This document shows, piece by piece, positions 1 to 10,578 of a stretch of DNA of 54,997 bases (positions are counted from its first letter, which is position 1; every line of letters begins with the position of its first letter). The notes below the pieces were generated by a model, which saw only the letters and a program-made list of their open reading frames with translations, did not search any database and was not told the DNA's origin. The stretch is from Opitutales bacterium. Its GTDB lineage: Bacteria > Verrucomicrobiota > Verrucomicrobiia > Opitutales > UBA2987. Location: assembly GCA_965226885.1 (NCBI GenBank), contig CBDDEL010000008.1:1-54997 (forward strand), given 5' to 3'. A program made the position numbers and the translations under genes.

Positions 1-224
1 AATTGGGTTGTTCATTATTGTATTTATTCGCCGGATAAATCGCCAAGCAAGAGAATATCTCATGCTTGCACTATATTGTTTTATCATTGTCTCATTGCTT
101 GGTCAAATGACAAGCCAGTGCATTGCATGTCCTAGGCCCGAGTCTCATGCTTGCACTTTATTGTTTTAATCATTAAGTCTACATTGCAAAAAGGTGGTCA
201 AATGACAAGCCGTGCAAGTACTAG

Positions 225-1791
225 CCCGGATATTTCATGAAGGGTAAAGTTTGGCTCGTTATTGCTATTGGAGATGGATTTCTTTGTATTTTGAGCAGAT
301 CGTCTTGATTTTTAGGTGTTTTTCAGGGTGTAGAGACACTGCCCCCTTTCCCCCATTGGTTCGGTAGTGCCGGGGGCAGCACCAATGCACCCTTTAGGTT
401 GGCACCAATCGGCGGGCCGCATGGTTGAAAAGACTGGCCCAAGGATAACTCTCACTTAGGTGAAAGTGAATCGTTCGGGTGTTGCGCACGATGACCGCTC
501 CGATCTTGATTAATTTGAGCCGCAGGGTGTGGCATTGGGCCCGCGCCCACTTCGTCCCTTTTAAGGCTAACCGGCGCATGGCTTCCATCAAGGTGTAGGC
601 CAGCGCCGACAAGAGCAATCGCCACTGATTGGCCCACCATTGATGGGCGCTGGTGCGCTCGCTGAACAATTGCATCTGTTCCTTGATTCGGTTCTCCATT
701 TCACCGCGGCCACAGTATACCTTGTCGTAAAGCTCCTGGGGATCGCCCGGCAGGTTCGTCACCACGAAGCGCGGGTTGGACCCCTGTGCGGTGTGTTCGG
801 CTTTATGGATGACCAACCGCAGCCATCGCCACGAATCGGCAGCATAGACGAAGTCCTGGAATAACCGTTGTTTTTTACCCCTTAGTTCGAACCATTCTTT
901 GGCCTGCTTTTGCAACTGCTGGGCGTCTTGCTGCAAGCGTGCATTGCGAGCCATCCCCACGATGTAACTAACTTCGTTGCGGTCGCACCAAGAGAGTATC
1001 CGGTCTCGACAAAATCCACTGTCGGCGCGCCAAATAATCCGCGTACGGGGCCAGCTTTGGCGAATCCGTTTAACCAGCAATTTGAGGATGGCCCCGGCAT
1101 GCTTGCTGGCATCGATCTTGCTCGGCCGCAGGTAGGCCACCAGCAGCTGATCACCGCAAAAAACATATAGCGGCAGAAAACAGTAATGATCATAATAACC
1201 GTGGAAAAAACGTCCCTCCTGGAGCCCGTGCACCGGATTGTCGGTGGCGTCAAAGTCCAGGATGATCTCTTCGGGTTCCTCGGCAAAGGAGCCCATGAAC
1301 TGTTCGACCAACAGCTCGTTTACCGCAAAGGCCGCCCGCCGATCCTGCCCGTTTTCAAAACGACACAAAGTCGGCGCGCTGGCCAACGTTTCAATGCGCC
1401 CCGTTACCGTTTGCAACAATGGATCGTGGCGCAGGGTATCAAAGTCGTTCAAATCCTCATAGCCCGCCACCAGCCCGTAAACGCGCTGCCGCAGCATCCC
1501 CAATACCTCATGGCGTACTTTGCCCTTCTGCCGTTTGTCCACTAACTGTCGGGCCGCTCGTTCGGTCAAGCCCAACTGCCGATCCACTTCCCGGATCAAA
1601 AGCAGTCCGGCATCCGAAGTAACCTCTCCGCCCTTGAAATCAACCCGCACACGGCGGCCTTTTACCCTTGTCAACTGTAGCTTTAATTGTTTACCTTTTG
1701 TCATCGCTGATATTGCTTTAATTATTGATCTATCCTGCTGTATATCAGCAGTTAAGCATATCAACGATACTTTTTTTACGAAATATCCGGG
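225..1791 (-). mobile_element. IS1380-family insertion sequence, copy A (intact)
   Basis: Terminal IRs CCCGGATATTTC/GAAATATCCGGG; 4-bp TSD CTAG (221-224, 1792-1795); near-identical copies at 32284 and 54400. Confidence 0.95.
394..1704 (-). CDS. IS1380-family DDE transposase
   Basis: Motifs TSDAGLLL, GYEDLND, LDFDATD, RADSGF, RGEMENRIKE. Likely start is MTKGKQ at 1704 (ORF open to 1764). Confidence 0.93.
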   Translation of the reverse strand: MTKGKQLKLQLTRVKGRRVRVDFKGGEVTSDAGLLLIREVDRQLGLTERAARQLVDKRQKGKVRHEVLGMLRQRVYGLVAGYEDLNDFDTLRHDPLLQTVTGRIETLASAPTLCRFENGQDRRAAFAVNELLVEQFMGSFAEEPEEIILDFDATDNPVHGLQEGRFFHGYYDHYCFLPLYVFCGDQLLVAYLRPSKIDASKHAGAILKLLVKRIRQSWPRTRIIWRADSGFCRDRILSWCDRNEVSYIVGMARNARLQQDAQQLQKQAKEWFELRGKKQRLFQDFVYAADSWRWLRLVIHKAEHTAQGSNPRFVVTNLPGDPQELYDKVYCGRGEMENRIKEQMQLFSERTSAHQWWANQWRLLLSALAYTLMEAMRRLALKGTKWARAQCHTLRLKLIKIGAVIVRNTRTIHFHLSESYPWASLFNHAARRLVPT

Positions 1792-2346
1792 CTAGAGCCT
1801 TATTATTTTTTAATTGCAGGAATTGGAGCATGCAAGATGTTGGGATCAAGGGGAATGAAATTATTTTCCACAGGATTATCTATGCAAATACTTATTGTAT
1901 TCTTTTCAATTCTTTTTGGGGCAATTACTCTATTTCCCGGCGCCTTGTCTTTCTCTTCAAGAGAAAACACAATGTTGTCGGCGGCGTATAATTACGCTGC
2001 CATGAAATGGATTGATGACAATACTCCCAAAAACAGTTTTTTATTTTCCGGATTTAGGTCCAGTGCTTTGCTTCCCAGACCGTTTTTGGCTAAAGGATAT
2101 AAACGGCTCATCCCGCAATACAATGATGATATTTCCAAAATTTTAGCTGAAAACCGCAATATTGAGAATTATTATTTGGTGACAACCAAAGAGATTGATC
2201 AGAATCATCCACTATCTGCATATATAGAAGAAACCCCACCGATTCATCGTCAATTTCTTCCAGAAAGAAGAAATCCTTACAACAAATCAGGAAAATATGC
2301 ATTATTCATTTACACTATTAATAGATCAAAACTAATATCGAAATTT

Positions 2347-3304
2347 GGTAGTGTTAACATGACGAATGTTTGATATTGCTGTTGTATTCCCAGATGAACA
2401 AGCACAGGACGCGAAAATGCATGACCAAAGACTTCGAGAATGACAGCGTTTTACGCACATAGCGTGACAGGGACTGTCGCAAGGTATTGTTCCAGCGTTC
2501 GATATGGGCGGTTTGGCCGGATTGTTTCCCGCTGGCGCTGTTGTGAGGGAAAACCTTGTCGTAGCTTTCCCAGTAATCGCTTACGGTGGCACAGTCGCGA
2601 TAGGGCTGGGCGATGTTGTGATACAACTGCCAGCACGTTTGATCGCTACGATCACCCAGAGAAAACCCGACGACCTGTCGGGTACGTCGACACAAGGCTA
2701 CCCATAGCCATACCTGCCCCGAACGCTTATCGCCCCAGAATGACCACACCTCGTCCAGCTCCAGCATATCGTTATACTGGCGGGCAAGCAGGTGCTCCGT
2801 GCGCACCAAAACCGGATGAGCCTGCGTGCCATTTACCGTACCTTCGGGGTAGCCCCAAAGACGGTCATCGAATGGATTAAAAAAAGTCCTGAGTTTGCCG
2901 AAGCTGGAGTCCACTCTGCTTGCCCGCCAGTATAACGCTTGCCCGCCAGTATAACGATATGCTGGAGCTGGACGAGGTGTGGTCATTCTGGGGCGATAAG
3001 CGTTCGGGGCAGGTATGGCTATGGGTAGCCTTGTGTCGACGTACCCGACAGGTCGTCGGCTTTGCCCTGGGTGATCGTAGCGATCAAACGTGTCGGCAGT
3101 TGTATCAAAACATCGCCAGCGGGAAACAATCCGGCAAAACCGCCCATATCGAACGCTGGAACAATACCTTGCGACAGTCTCTGTCACGCTATGTGCGTAA
3201 AACGTTGTCATTCTCCAAATCTTTGGTCATGCATTTTCGCGTCCTGTGCTTGTTCATCTGGGAATACAACAGAAATATCAAACATTCGTCATGTTAGCAC
3301 TACC
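2347..3304. mobile_element. Foldback structure of two inverted IS1-family insB/right-end segments around an insA 3' fragment
   Basis: Ends GGTAGTGTTAACATGACGA and TCGTCATGTTAGCACTACC. Both arms encode ELDEVWSF...HIERWNNTLRQ...KTLSFSK on opposite strands. The centre 2790-2890 encodes the insA tail SLRAIYRTFGVAPKTVIEWIKK. Confidence 0.88.
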
Positions 3305-3770
3305 TGTGGGGGTCGTGCCGATTGGCAGCCGACGGCTTCGCCCAGTGAAATGAGCCGCTTTGAAACACAGAAGTTAACCAAGCCTGCGAATCTGAGCGCA
3401 TTGACGGACATGAGCGGTCAATGGATCGATCAAGTGAATAGGTGAGTGGAGATGAAAAAACTGATTCTCGATTTGGATAGTTCGGAGAGCCAAACTTGCC
3501 GAAAGCAGGAAGGCTCGGCCTTCAACGGCCATTTCGGGGGGCACCGCAGAGCAATGGATCAATGAGGGCCAACATGCCCTCCACTGGACCCGATTGTCCT
3601 GCCATGACTTTGAGGACAGCGCCGTTCGGCTTCAGCTCTTCGGCTTAGCCAACAATCTGGGCATCTTCATGCACCGGTTGATCCTTCCCGGCAAGGTGAA
3701 GCACTGGATGCAGAGCTCTTTACGGGAAAAACTCATCAAAACCGGAGCAAAGGTGATTCACCATGCCCTG
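3305..3770 (+). pseudogene. Degenerate remnant of a second IS1380-family transposase
   Basis: Fragments SPSEMSRFET...SGQWID, LILDLDSSES, GTAEQWINEG, AVRLQLFGLANNLG, SLREKLIKTGAKV, with deletions and frameshifts. Confidence 0.75.
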
Positions 3771-3915
3771 AAGCCGCTTTCTCCTGAGTGAACTTCAAAA
3801 GCCGCATTGCCATAATGAGTTGATATATCCTCGGAGCTAGACCCAAGCACTCTGACGTGTACTGGATTTGTTGGACACGGGATTCTCTTATATTCATTGT
3901 TTATTGATTAGTGTG

Positions 3916-4833
3916 TCAGGCGGCTTGTTTTGGTAAAGGGTTTTGTTTTCTCGTTGCCCCCCATGGGGGGCAAATATTTTCCTCGAATTGGACTGGGCTT
4001 TGGTAACTCAGAGAGGAATGTTTGCGATATCGGTTGTAGAAGATTTCCACGTATTCGAAGACAGTTGATCGCAGTTCGCGCTCGTCGGCAAAGTGGCGGC
4101 CTCGAATCGTGCTGGTCTTGAAGCGGCCGTAGAACGATTCCATGGCCGCGTTGTCGTAGCAGTTGCCTTGGGCGCTCATGCTCGGCTTCATGCCTAGTTC
4201 AGAGACCAGCCTCTGATAGTCGTCGCTGGCGTAGGGGCTGCCCCGATCGCTGTGATGAATAATCCCGGTGCGCAGTGTGCCGCGGGTCATGGCCGCGGCT
4301 TTGAGGGCCTTGCCAACCAGCTTCGCGTCGTTGTGGTTGGAAACGCTCCAGCCTAGCAGGCGTCGGCTGAACAGGTCCATCACCGTGGCCAAGTACATCC
4401 ACCCGGCCAGGGTCCGTAGGTAGGTCGTGTCCGCCACCCAGACCTCGTCGATATGGGTCGGCTGGCCATGCTTTTTAAGCACATTGGGGCTGTAACCATA
4501 GGGATGGTTACTGTTGGTTTTTAATGGCTTAAAGCGTTTACTCTGGGTGCTTTTGATTCCCATTTCACGCATCAGACGCAGAGCCCGGTCACGGCCGCAA
4601 TCGATGCCCTCATCATCCTTCAGATGGCGGTGCATTGGCCGATGCCCATAGCGGCCCTTGGCCTCTTTGTGTACCTTCAGGATCGCCCCCTTGATTCCCT
4701 CGTCCTCAATCCGCCGGGCCGAGGGCGCTCGGTGCCTCCAGCAGTAATAGCCACTGCGACAAATCCCCATCGCCGAGCATATTTCCTCGATCTTGAAGCG
4801 CCCCTCGTTGTCTTTGACAAACTGGTACTTCAT
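3916..4833 (-). CDS. IS3 transposase OrfB (integrase core), joined to OrfA by -1 frameshift
   Basis: WVADTTY, HHSDRGSPY, DNAAMESF motifs; A8C slippery site at the end of orfA. Confidence 0.92.
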   Translation of the reverse strand: MKYQFVKDNEGRFKIEEICSAMGICRSGYYCWRHRAPSARRIEDEGIKGAILKVHKEAKGRYGHRPMHRHLKDDEGIDCGRDRALRLMREMGIKSTQSKRFKPLKTNSNHPYGYSPNVLKKHGQPTHIDEVWVADTTYLRTLAGWMYLATVMDLFSRRLLGWSVSNHNDAKLVGKALKAAAMTRGTLRTGIIHHSDRGSPYASDDYQRLVSELGMKPSMSAQGNCYDNAAMESFYGRFKTSTIRGRHFADERELRSTVFEYVEIFYNRYRKHSSLSYQSPVQFEENICPPWGATRKQNPLPKQAA

Positions 4834-5138
4834 TGTTCGTCCTTGGCAAAGTAGCCCACCGTTTTTTTTAGTATCTGGTTGATCCGCTCCGAGCGGCGCA
4901 GCTCTTTGCGAAGACGATCTATCTCGGCCGCCATCTCCTTCGGACTGCTCTGTCGCTTTGAGGTGGCTTCGCCCTGCTGATCGTCCAGATAGAGCCTCTT
5001 CCACCTATACAATTGGTTGGTGTTGACCCCAAGTTTGGTCGATACCTCGGTGGCGCTCAGACCATCGAGTATCATCAGTTGAACTGCCTCATTTTTGAAC
5101 TCTATACTGCGTCTTCTTCCCATGCTTCGATTCTCCAT
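4830..5138 (-). CDS. IS3 transposase OrfA (HTH)
   Basis: EFKNEAVQL...LGVNTNQLYRWK...ILKKTVGYFAK. Confidence 0.9.
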   Translation of the reverse strand: MENRSMGRRRSIEFKNEAVQLMILDGLSATEVSTKLGVNTNQLYRWKRLYLDDQQGEATSKRQSSPKEMAAEIDRLRKELRRSERINQILKKTVGYFAKDEQ

Positions 5139-5557
5139 TTAGGAGAATCTCGTGTCCACTTTTTCCAGTGCACATCACTCATACACGATTTATCGAGAAG
5201 GTTCGGGCCATTTCTAACCCTTGAGGCTTTTTGAAGAATGCTATTGAAAGTGGATAACTCAGTAGCCTTTACAGCCTGTGCGTATTCACCACTTGTTTTC
5301 AAATTTTCATAATCCTTCAATCGAATTTTGATTGCTCATCAATTTCCTTTCACAGTGCTTTTGGTGGGATAATGAAAATTGACGAAATTCAGGGTTCCGA
5401 GGTTGTAAAGACTGAACAAGATACCAGCCACGAGGTAATGTTCAGAAACTAGGAAAATCAGAAAGGCCAAGAGAAGTCCGGTTTCCTTTAAAATCCGTTT
5501 TTTGCTGAAGTTCTTCATTTGTGTTTCTTGGATTTGGGGTTGAGTAGGAGGTATTGA

Positions 5558-6022
5558 TTAAAAAGTCTTTCCGAGAACGATTTCGTAGTTATCGGCGATG
5601 GTGTTGTCCGGGGCGGCATCGGCGTTGAAAACTCCGAAGATTAAACCGACGAGATTGGCTTCGGTCACCTGCACGGGGTCGCTGTTGCGGTTGTTGATGC
5701 CTTTGGCGGTCCAACCGTTGTCGTCTTTGGTGGTGATGGTGTGGGCGACGAGTTCGTCAGAGGCATCGCGATAAACAACGATCATTCCGGCCTGAAGTTC
5801 TTCGTAGTCAGCATTTTCGACCACCAGAACTGAATTGGAGCTGTAAAGAGGGGCCATGGAATTTCCGGCTCCGACCATGACCTGCCAGTTTTTATTCATT
5901 CCAGCGATTTTTTCAGCATCCTGGAGGGCTTTGGTGAAAGGAACGTTGGTGATGGAGGCGGTGGCGATATTGCCGAAAAGAATCAGGGTGGCGAGGAGGA
6001 GAGTGGAGGCTTTTTGCTGCAT
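5558..6022 (-). CDS. Secreted S26-family (SipW/Sec11-type, Ser-His) signal peptidase-like protein
   Basis: N-terminal signal peptide; GNSMAP, GMIVVY, LVAH and WTAKGINN..D boxes. Confidence 0.7.
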   Translation of the reverse strand: MQQKASTLLLATLILFGNIATASITNVPFTKALQDAEKIAGMNKNWQVMVGAGNSMAPLYSSNSVLVVENADYEELQAGMIVVYRDASDELVAHTITTKDDNGWTAKGINNRNSDPVQVTEANLVGLIFGVFNADAAPDNTIADNYEIVLGKTF

Positions 6023-6282
6023 GCCCAAAGTGTCGCTCGGGCAGCCCCAAAAAATTATCCGTGCAAGAGTGTAAATCCTCCGGTCCTTCTACTGAAAGAA
6101 GTCCGTATATTTACGTAGATGGCCGTGAATTACTGGTTAGTATAGGTCATATATTGTTGATAAACAATGCTTTATATAATCTTCCTTGAATCTGAGGACA
6201 CTGAAATACGTGTTGCTAATCCAATTCGGCTGGGATACGATTCGAATTCGTTTTATTTCCTGCTCTACTAAAAGGATTTAAT

Positions 6283-7245
6283 ATGCCTAAAGAGCTGAAA
6301 ACTCTTATACCATCGCGCGTTGATGCCCTCGATCATTACCTGCAACAGATCGGACGATTCCCCTTGCTTGGCGCTGAAGAAGAAGCGGAGTTGGCTCAAA
6401 AGATCAAAAATGGCAGCGAAACTGCCCGGCAAAAAATGATCCAGGCGAATTTACGTCTGGTCGTGAAGATGATCCGAAAATACCGCGATTTGGGCGTTCC
6501 GGCGGCCGATCTGATTAGCGAGGGCAATATCGGTCTCATTCGAGCGATCGATCGCTTCGATCCGGATAAAGGGTATCGGCTCAGCACCTACGCTTCCTGG
6601 TGGATTAAGCAAAGCGTGATGGATGCCCTTGCCCGACAAGGAAGAACCATTCGATTACCCAAGCATGTTCTCGACCAATTAGGGCAGATACGGAAAATTG
6701 GCATGGAGCTCACCGATAAGTTGGGCTGTGAGCCAAGCGATGAGGACATCGCCAGAGCCTGGGATCAACCTTCCGAAAAGGTTAGATTCCTCAAACGCGT
6801 GTCTTTAGGCGCGGTTTCACTCGATGCTCCTGCCGGCGACAACGATGAATCCTCCCTAGGCGAGATAGTCCGTGATGAGAAAGCTCCCGATCCGGAGGAG
6901 AAATTTCGGAGCAAAAGTGTTAAAGATGATCTCGGGAGTATGCTCAAGCAGCTTGATGCCCGCGAGCTTGAAGTTCTCCGAATGCGATTTGGATTATACG
7001 GAGAGGAGCCAAAAACACTCGAAGAAATTGGAAAGGTATTAAAAATCAGTGACACTCGCGTTCGCCAATTCCAGGCAAGAGCTCTATCCAAAATACGTGG
7101 AAACCTCAAAGGACCCAAACCTCAGGGCGTTGCTGAGGAAATAAAGGAAGATCAGTTTGACAACCAAAGCTTTATAAATCTCCAAGCACTCCTCAAATCG
7201 AAGACTAAGAAAAAAAAGAGGGCTAAAAAGGCCACAAAAAATTGA
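6283..7245 (+). CDS. RpoD/SigA-family sigma-70 factor lacking region 1.1 (group 2-like)
   Basis: YLQQIGRFPLL, ANLRLVVK, DLISEGNIGLIRAIDRFDP, STYASWWIKQ, TLEEIG...RVRQ; Lys-rich tail. Confidence 0.92.
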   Translation: MPKELKTLIPSRVDALDHYLQQIGRFPLLGAEEEAELAQKIKNGSETARQKMIQANLRLVVKMIRKYRDLGVPAADLISEGNIGLIRAIDRFDPDKGYRLSTYASWWIKQSVMDALARQGRTIRLPKHVLDQLGQIRKIGMELTDKLGCEPSDEDIARAWDQPSEKVRFLKRVSLGAVSLDAPAGDNDESSLGEIVRDEKAPDPEEKFRSKSVKDDLGSMLKQLDARELEVLRMRFGLYGEEPKTLEEIGKVLKISDTRVRQFQARALSKIRGNLKGPKPQGVAEEIKEDQFDNQSFINLQALLKSKTKKKKRAKKATKN

Positions 7246-7607
7246 CGATCGGCAAAAAATTCAAAATAATATCATTGAAACGTATGCTGGATTATTGATT
7301 GCCGCGTGCCATACCTGTTTTCCTTCTAACTCGCCGTATGGATTGAGGTCTACAGTTCCAGGGGCACGCCTTTACATTTTTCCATTTCTATGATAGGTTA
7401 AAACGAGATGTTTGTCTGGCGATATTTGGTTCTATTCTTCGGCTTTGGGTTGATATTTCTCCCTGGTTCCGTTGATGGTAAAAAGACTAGCGCCGACCCC
7501 GTTCCATCCTCGTCGACGAGCAAAAAATCAACTACGACTGTTGCGCGTATCGTGAGATGGGAAGTTCCCGGAGGAACGGTTGATCGGACCCCATCTTTGC
7601 TACCACT

Positions 7608-8537
7608 TTAAGTGAGAGTATTTCCGTAGGTTTGGTATTGTAGGTTTTGCAGCGGGTGGCGCAATGAGGCCGTAGGCCGAATGGAGCCAGCCGCTGCTTT
7701 GTTGATTGTTCGCCAGAGTCTGGCAAATGTATTTGGGGAGAGAAAGCCTAATCGGCTGTGGGGGTGTTTCGCGTTGTATTTGTGTCGCCATTGTTCGACC
7801 ACCACACGCGCTTCGGTCACGCTCAGGAACAGTTCCTGGTTAAGGCATTCATCGCGCAAACGATTATGAAAGGATTCTATATGTCCATTCTGCCAAGGGC
7901 TTCCTGGATCAATGTATGCGATGGCAATTTCCTGTCGCTGCAGTTCTTCTTTGACTTGGTGGGCTATAAACTCCGATCCGTTGTCCGAGCGGATGCACTG
8001 AGGTTTGCCGTTCTCTCTTATGGCATCGTTCAATACCTCTACCACATCGGCACTTTTCAGTGAGCGCGCAACCTTAATGGCCAGGCATTGACGGGTATGT
8101 TCATCGATCAGTGTCAAGAGCCTGAGCGGACCGCCCCGGTCGGTGCGATCCGCCACGAAGTCCCAACTCCACACATGGTTGGGCTGCACTGCTCGGGTCG
8201 GGGTAGCCGTGGATTGGCCCTGCCGGCGACGGCGCTTGCCAGACGGGCGCACACCCAGTCCTTCGAAACGACGCACTTTTTGGACGAATTTGCGACTCAC
8301 GGGCCAACCTTCATGGGCCAACAAAGCGCGGATCCGACGATAGCCATAGCGCGGATGCTTCTTCGAAAAGGCAATGATGCGTGCCACCAGTTTATGCCTA
8401 TACTCAGTAGCTTTCTTGGGTTCATACAGGTAGGTTGAGCGGTGCAACCCAAAATACTGACAGGCCCGACGCAGCGAGCACGACCCTTGGGCCAATACAT
8501 GCTTCACCGCTTCCTTTTTCTGCTTCGGGCCTACCAT
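7608..8537 (-). CDS. IS3 transposase OrfB
   Basis: WSWDF, RSDNGSEF, PGSPWQNGHIESF. Confidence 0.92.
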   Translation of the reverse strand: MVGPKQKKEAVKHVLAQGSCSLRRACQYFGLHRSTYLYEPKKATEYRHKLVARIIAFSKKHPRYGYRRIRALLAHEGWPVSRKFVQKVRRFEGLGVRPSGKRRRRQGQSTATPTRAVQPNHVWSWDFVADRTDRGGPLRLLTLIDEHTRQCLAIKVARSLKSADVVEVLNDAIRENGKPQCIRSDNGSEFIAHQVKEELQRQEIAIAYIDPGSPWQNGHIESFHNRLRDECLNQELFLSVTEARVVVEQWRHKYNAKHPHSRLGFLSPNTFARLWRTINKAAAGSIRPTASLRHPLQNLQYQTYGNTLT

Positions 8538-8797
8538 TTTTTTGCGTTCACCTCCTTGAGCACACGGTTCTCCAGCATCTGCTCGGCTACTATCTTCTTA
8601 AGCTGCGTGTTTTCGCGCTCCAGCTCCTTCAGCCGCTTGGCGCCACGCAGCTCCATGCGGCCATACTTTTTACGCCAACGATGGTAGCTTTGAGGACTGA
8701 TATTGTGGGACCGACAGACATCCTGAATGCCTTTGCCTGCGTCTACTTCGCGCAGTATCGTTATGATTTGTTCAGGGGTGTATCTTTTTTGCTTCAT
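8531..8797 (-). CDS. IS3 transposase OrfA
   Basis: MKQKRYTPEQII...RLKELERENTQLKK; A7 slippery site before the stop. Confidence 0.9.
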   Translation of the reverse strand: MKQKRYTPEQIITILREVDAGKGIQDVCRSHNISPQSYHRWRKKYGRMELRGAKRLKELERENTQLKKIVAEQMLENRVLKEVNAKKW

Positions 8798-9255
8798 AGG
8801 TCTTTCCGGTAATTTCTCCAGAAAGACTCTCACTGGCAATGGTAGTGTTTTCGGCGGTCACATCACGGTGATGCAAGGAAGTGGACTCTCAATGGCTCCG
8901 ATATATGGGGAAAACACCATGGTGGTAACGACCCCAATTGAATTCGAAGACCTTAAAGCTGAAATGATTGTTGCTTATCGAAACCGGAGTGGTGAGCTTG
9001 TTGTCCATCAAATCGTCAATAAAATAGGAAAAAAATGGCTCGCTCGAGGGATTAACAATCGAACTTTCGATCGCGACCGGGTTACCAAGAATAATCTGGT
9101 CGGTGTGGTGTATGCCGTTTTCAATTCCAGGAGTTCGCCAGGAGTTCGGAAAACAACACTGAAGCGATCAAAAAAACATACACAAAAAGCAAACGGGAAA
9201 AATGAAGTATTAGGATTATCTTAACATTAATCGATCTGAGAGGGTGTCTAGAAAG

Positions 9256-9300
9256 TGTTGTGACCGCCAAAAACACGACCGTTGCCAGTGAGAGTCTTTT
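9256..9300 (+). repeat. Solo, diverged IS3-type-2 left terminal repeat
   Basis: TGTTGTGACCGCCAAAAACACGACCGTTGCCAGTGAGAGTCTTT matches the reverse complement of 8821-8865 with about 4 mismatches. Confidence 0.85.
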
Positions 9301-9397
9301 TGAGGTGGTAAATCGACGATGGAAATTACATAAGGGGTCGTGTCGTTCTTTTGTTATTTATTGATCTTCAAACCCCTCTATTTAATCCGTGGTTTGA

Positions 9398-10513
9398 TCA
9401 AGTGCCCAGGAGGTATTCGGGGTTTAGTTTTTGCAGGAATTTGGGTAGGAAGAGGCCGTCTTTGCGAATGAGTTTGCCGTCGAAGCGGATTTCTCCTCCG
9501 CCGTATTCCGGCCGCTGTATGCATACCAGGTCCCAATGCACTTGAGATTTGTTGCCGTTGTCGGCTTCTTCATAAGCCTGACCAGGAGTAAAATGAAAAG
9601 AACCGGCGATTTTTTCATCAAAAAGTATATCGCGCATGGGCTCCAATATGTGGGGGTTGAAACCGATGGCAAATTCACCGATGTAGCGAGCACCTGCATC
9701 GGAATTTAAAATTTTATTCAATTTTTGATTTTTTTGGCTGGCGGATGCTTTTTCGATGCGCCCTTTATTAAATTGCAGCCGCACATTGTCGAACGAATCC
9801 CCTTGATAAACCGATGGTACATTGAAGGTAATATGACCCTCTACGCTGGTTTTAAGCGGGCAGGAAAAAACCTCGCCGTCGGGGATATTATATTCCCCGC
9901 CACAGGTAATGGCGCCGATATTTTTGATCGAAAAACGCAAATCTGTCCCCTTGGCCGTGATGTGCACTTTATCGGTTCGATCCATCAACCTTTTGAGCGC
10001 CCTCATACCTGGAATCATGCGGGAATAATCCAATGTGCAGACCCGGAAATAAAAATCCTCGAAAGCTTCCGTGCTGAGAGAAGCCTGTTGAGCCATGGCC
10101 GCCGTCGGCCATCGTAAAACCACCCATTTGGTCTTCTTCACCCTCCAATCGATCACCGGTCTCATGAGGCTAAGGGCCATCTTCATTTTCCCCGAAGGCA
10201 CATCCGATAATTCGAAAATATTGTGGGACCCTCGCAACGCGATATAGGCATCCATTTGCTTCATGCGCTGCAATTCGAGACGGGAGACAATTTTAAACTG
10301 CTCCTCCGAGCTTTGCAGAAACATTTCCCGCAAAACGCGCCCGTGATTAACCTGCACGAAGGGGATTGCCTTGCGCGCGCGGGCCGCCCGAACGAGGGCC
10401 ACAACCATATCGTCGGGCACATCGTGGGCATCGATGAGAACCTTTTCGCCCCTTTTCAGTTTAACGGAAAATCCGGTCAGGATTTCTGCCAATCGAATAA
10501 TTCTGTCATCCAT
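9398..10513 (-). CDS. M29-family (AmpS/AmpT-like) aminopeptidase
   Basis: [35 protein letters not shown]. Confidence 0.92.
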   Translation of the reverse strand: MDDRIIRLAEILTGFSVKLKRGEKVLIDAHDVPDDMVVALVRAARARKAIPFVQVNHGRVLREMFLQSSEEQFKIVSRLELQRMKQMDAYIALRGSHNIFELSDVPSGKMKMALSLMRPVIDWRVKKTKWVVLRWPTAAMAQQASLSTEAFEDFYFRVCTLDYSRMIPGMRALKRLMDRTDKVHITAKGTDLRFSIKNIGAITCGGEYNIPDGEVFSCPLKTSVEGHITFNVPSVYQGDSFDNVRLQFNKGRIEKASASQKNQKLNKILNSDAGARYIGEFAIGFNPHILEPMRDILFDEKIAGSFHFTPGQAYEEADNGNKSQVHWDLVCIQRPEYGGGEIRFDGKLIRKDGLFLPKFLQKLNPEYLLGT

Positions 10514-10578
10514 AGGGGCGGCAGTATTCAGCGAATCTCAAAAAAAGCAACTCCCCTAAAGTCACCGCATGAAGCCAT

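Larger units (their letters stand above)
1..2373 (+). pseudogene. 3' part of a DUF1420-like integral membrane protein, split by IS1380 (225-1791) and clipped at its C-terminus by the IS1 foldback
   Basis: Before the IS the frame reads ...LALYCFIIVSLLGQMTS. After the CTAG TSD it reads LEPYYFLIAGIG... and runs into ORF 1837-2373 (RENTMLSAAYNYAAMKW...RNPYNK). The family call is from recalled motif similarity. Bases ~120-220 look garbled. Confidence 0.5.
3853..5177 (-). mobile_element. IS3-family insertion sequence, type 1 copy A
   Basis: TG...CA ends (TGACGTGTACTGG / CCAGTGCACATCA); 3-bp TSD CTC; near-identical copy at 26111-27438. Confidence 0.95.
7581..8865 (-). mobile_element. IS3-family (IS407-like) insertion sequence, type 2
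   Basis: Imperfect IRs TGAT..GACC...AGTGAGAGT; 4-bp TSD CGGT. Confidence 0.93.
7408..9224 (+). pseudogene. Second S26/SipW-like peptidase paralogue, interrupted by IS3
   Basis: Removing 7581-8865 and one CGGT copy restores ...EVPGGTVMQGSGLSMAPIY...MIVAY...LVVHQI...WLARGINN in frame. Confidence 0.85.

Noticed and set aside
58..220. Imperfect ~85-bp tandem repeat (CATGCTTGCAC...GGTCAAATGACAAGCC twice)
   Set aside because: Full of indels and includes a garbled copy of the IS junction; looks like noisy consensus rather than biology, so it was excluded from the micro-duplication set.
2354..3211. 285-aa ORF with an internal repeat (and 2440-2880)
   Set aside because: Chimeric read-through of the IS1 foldback: antisense of one arm fused to the sense of the other.
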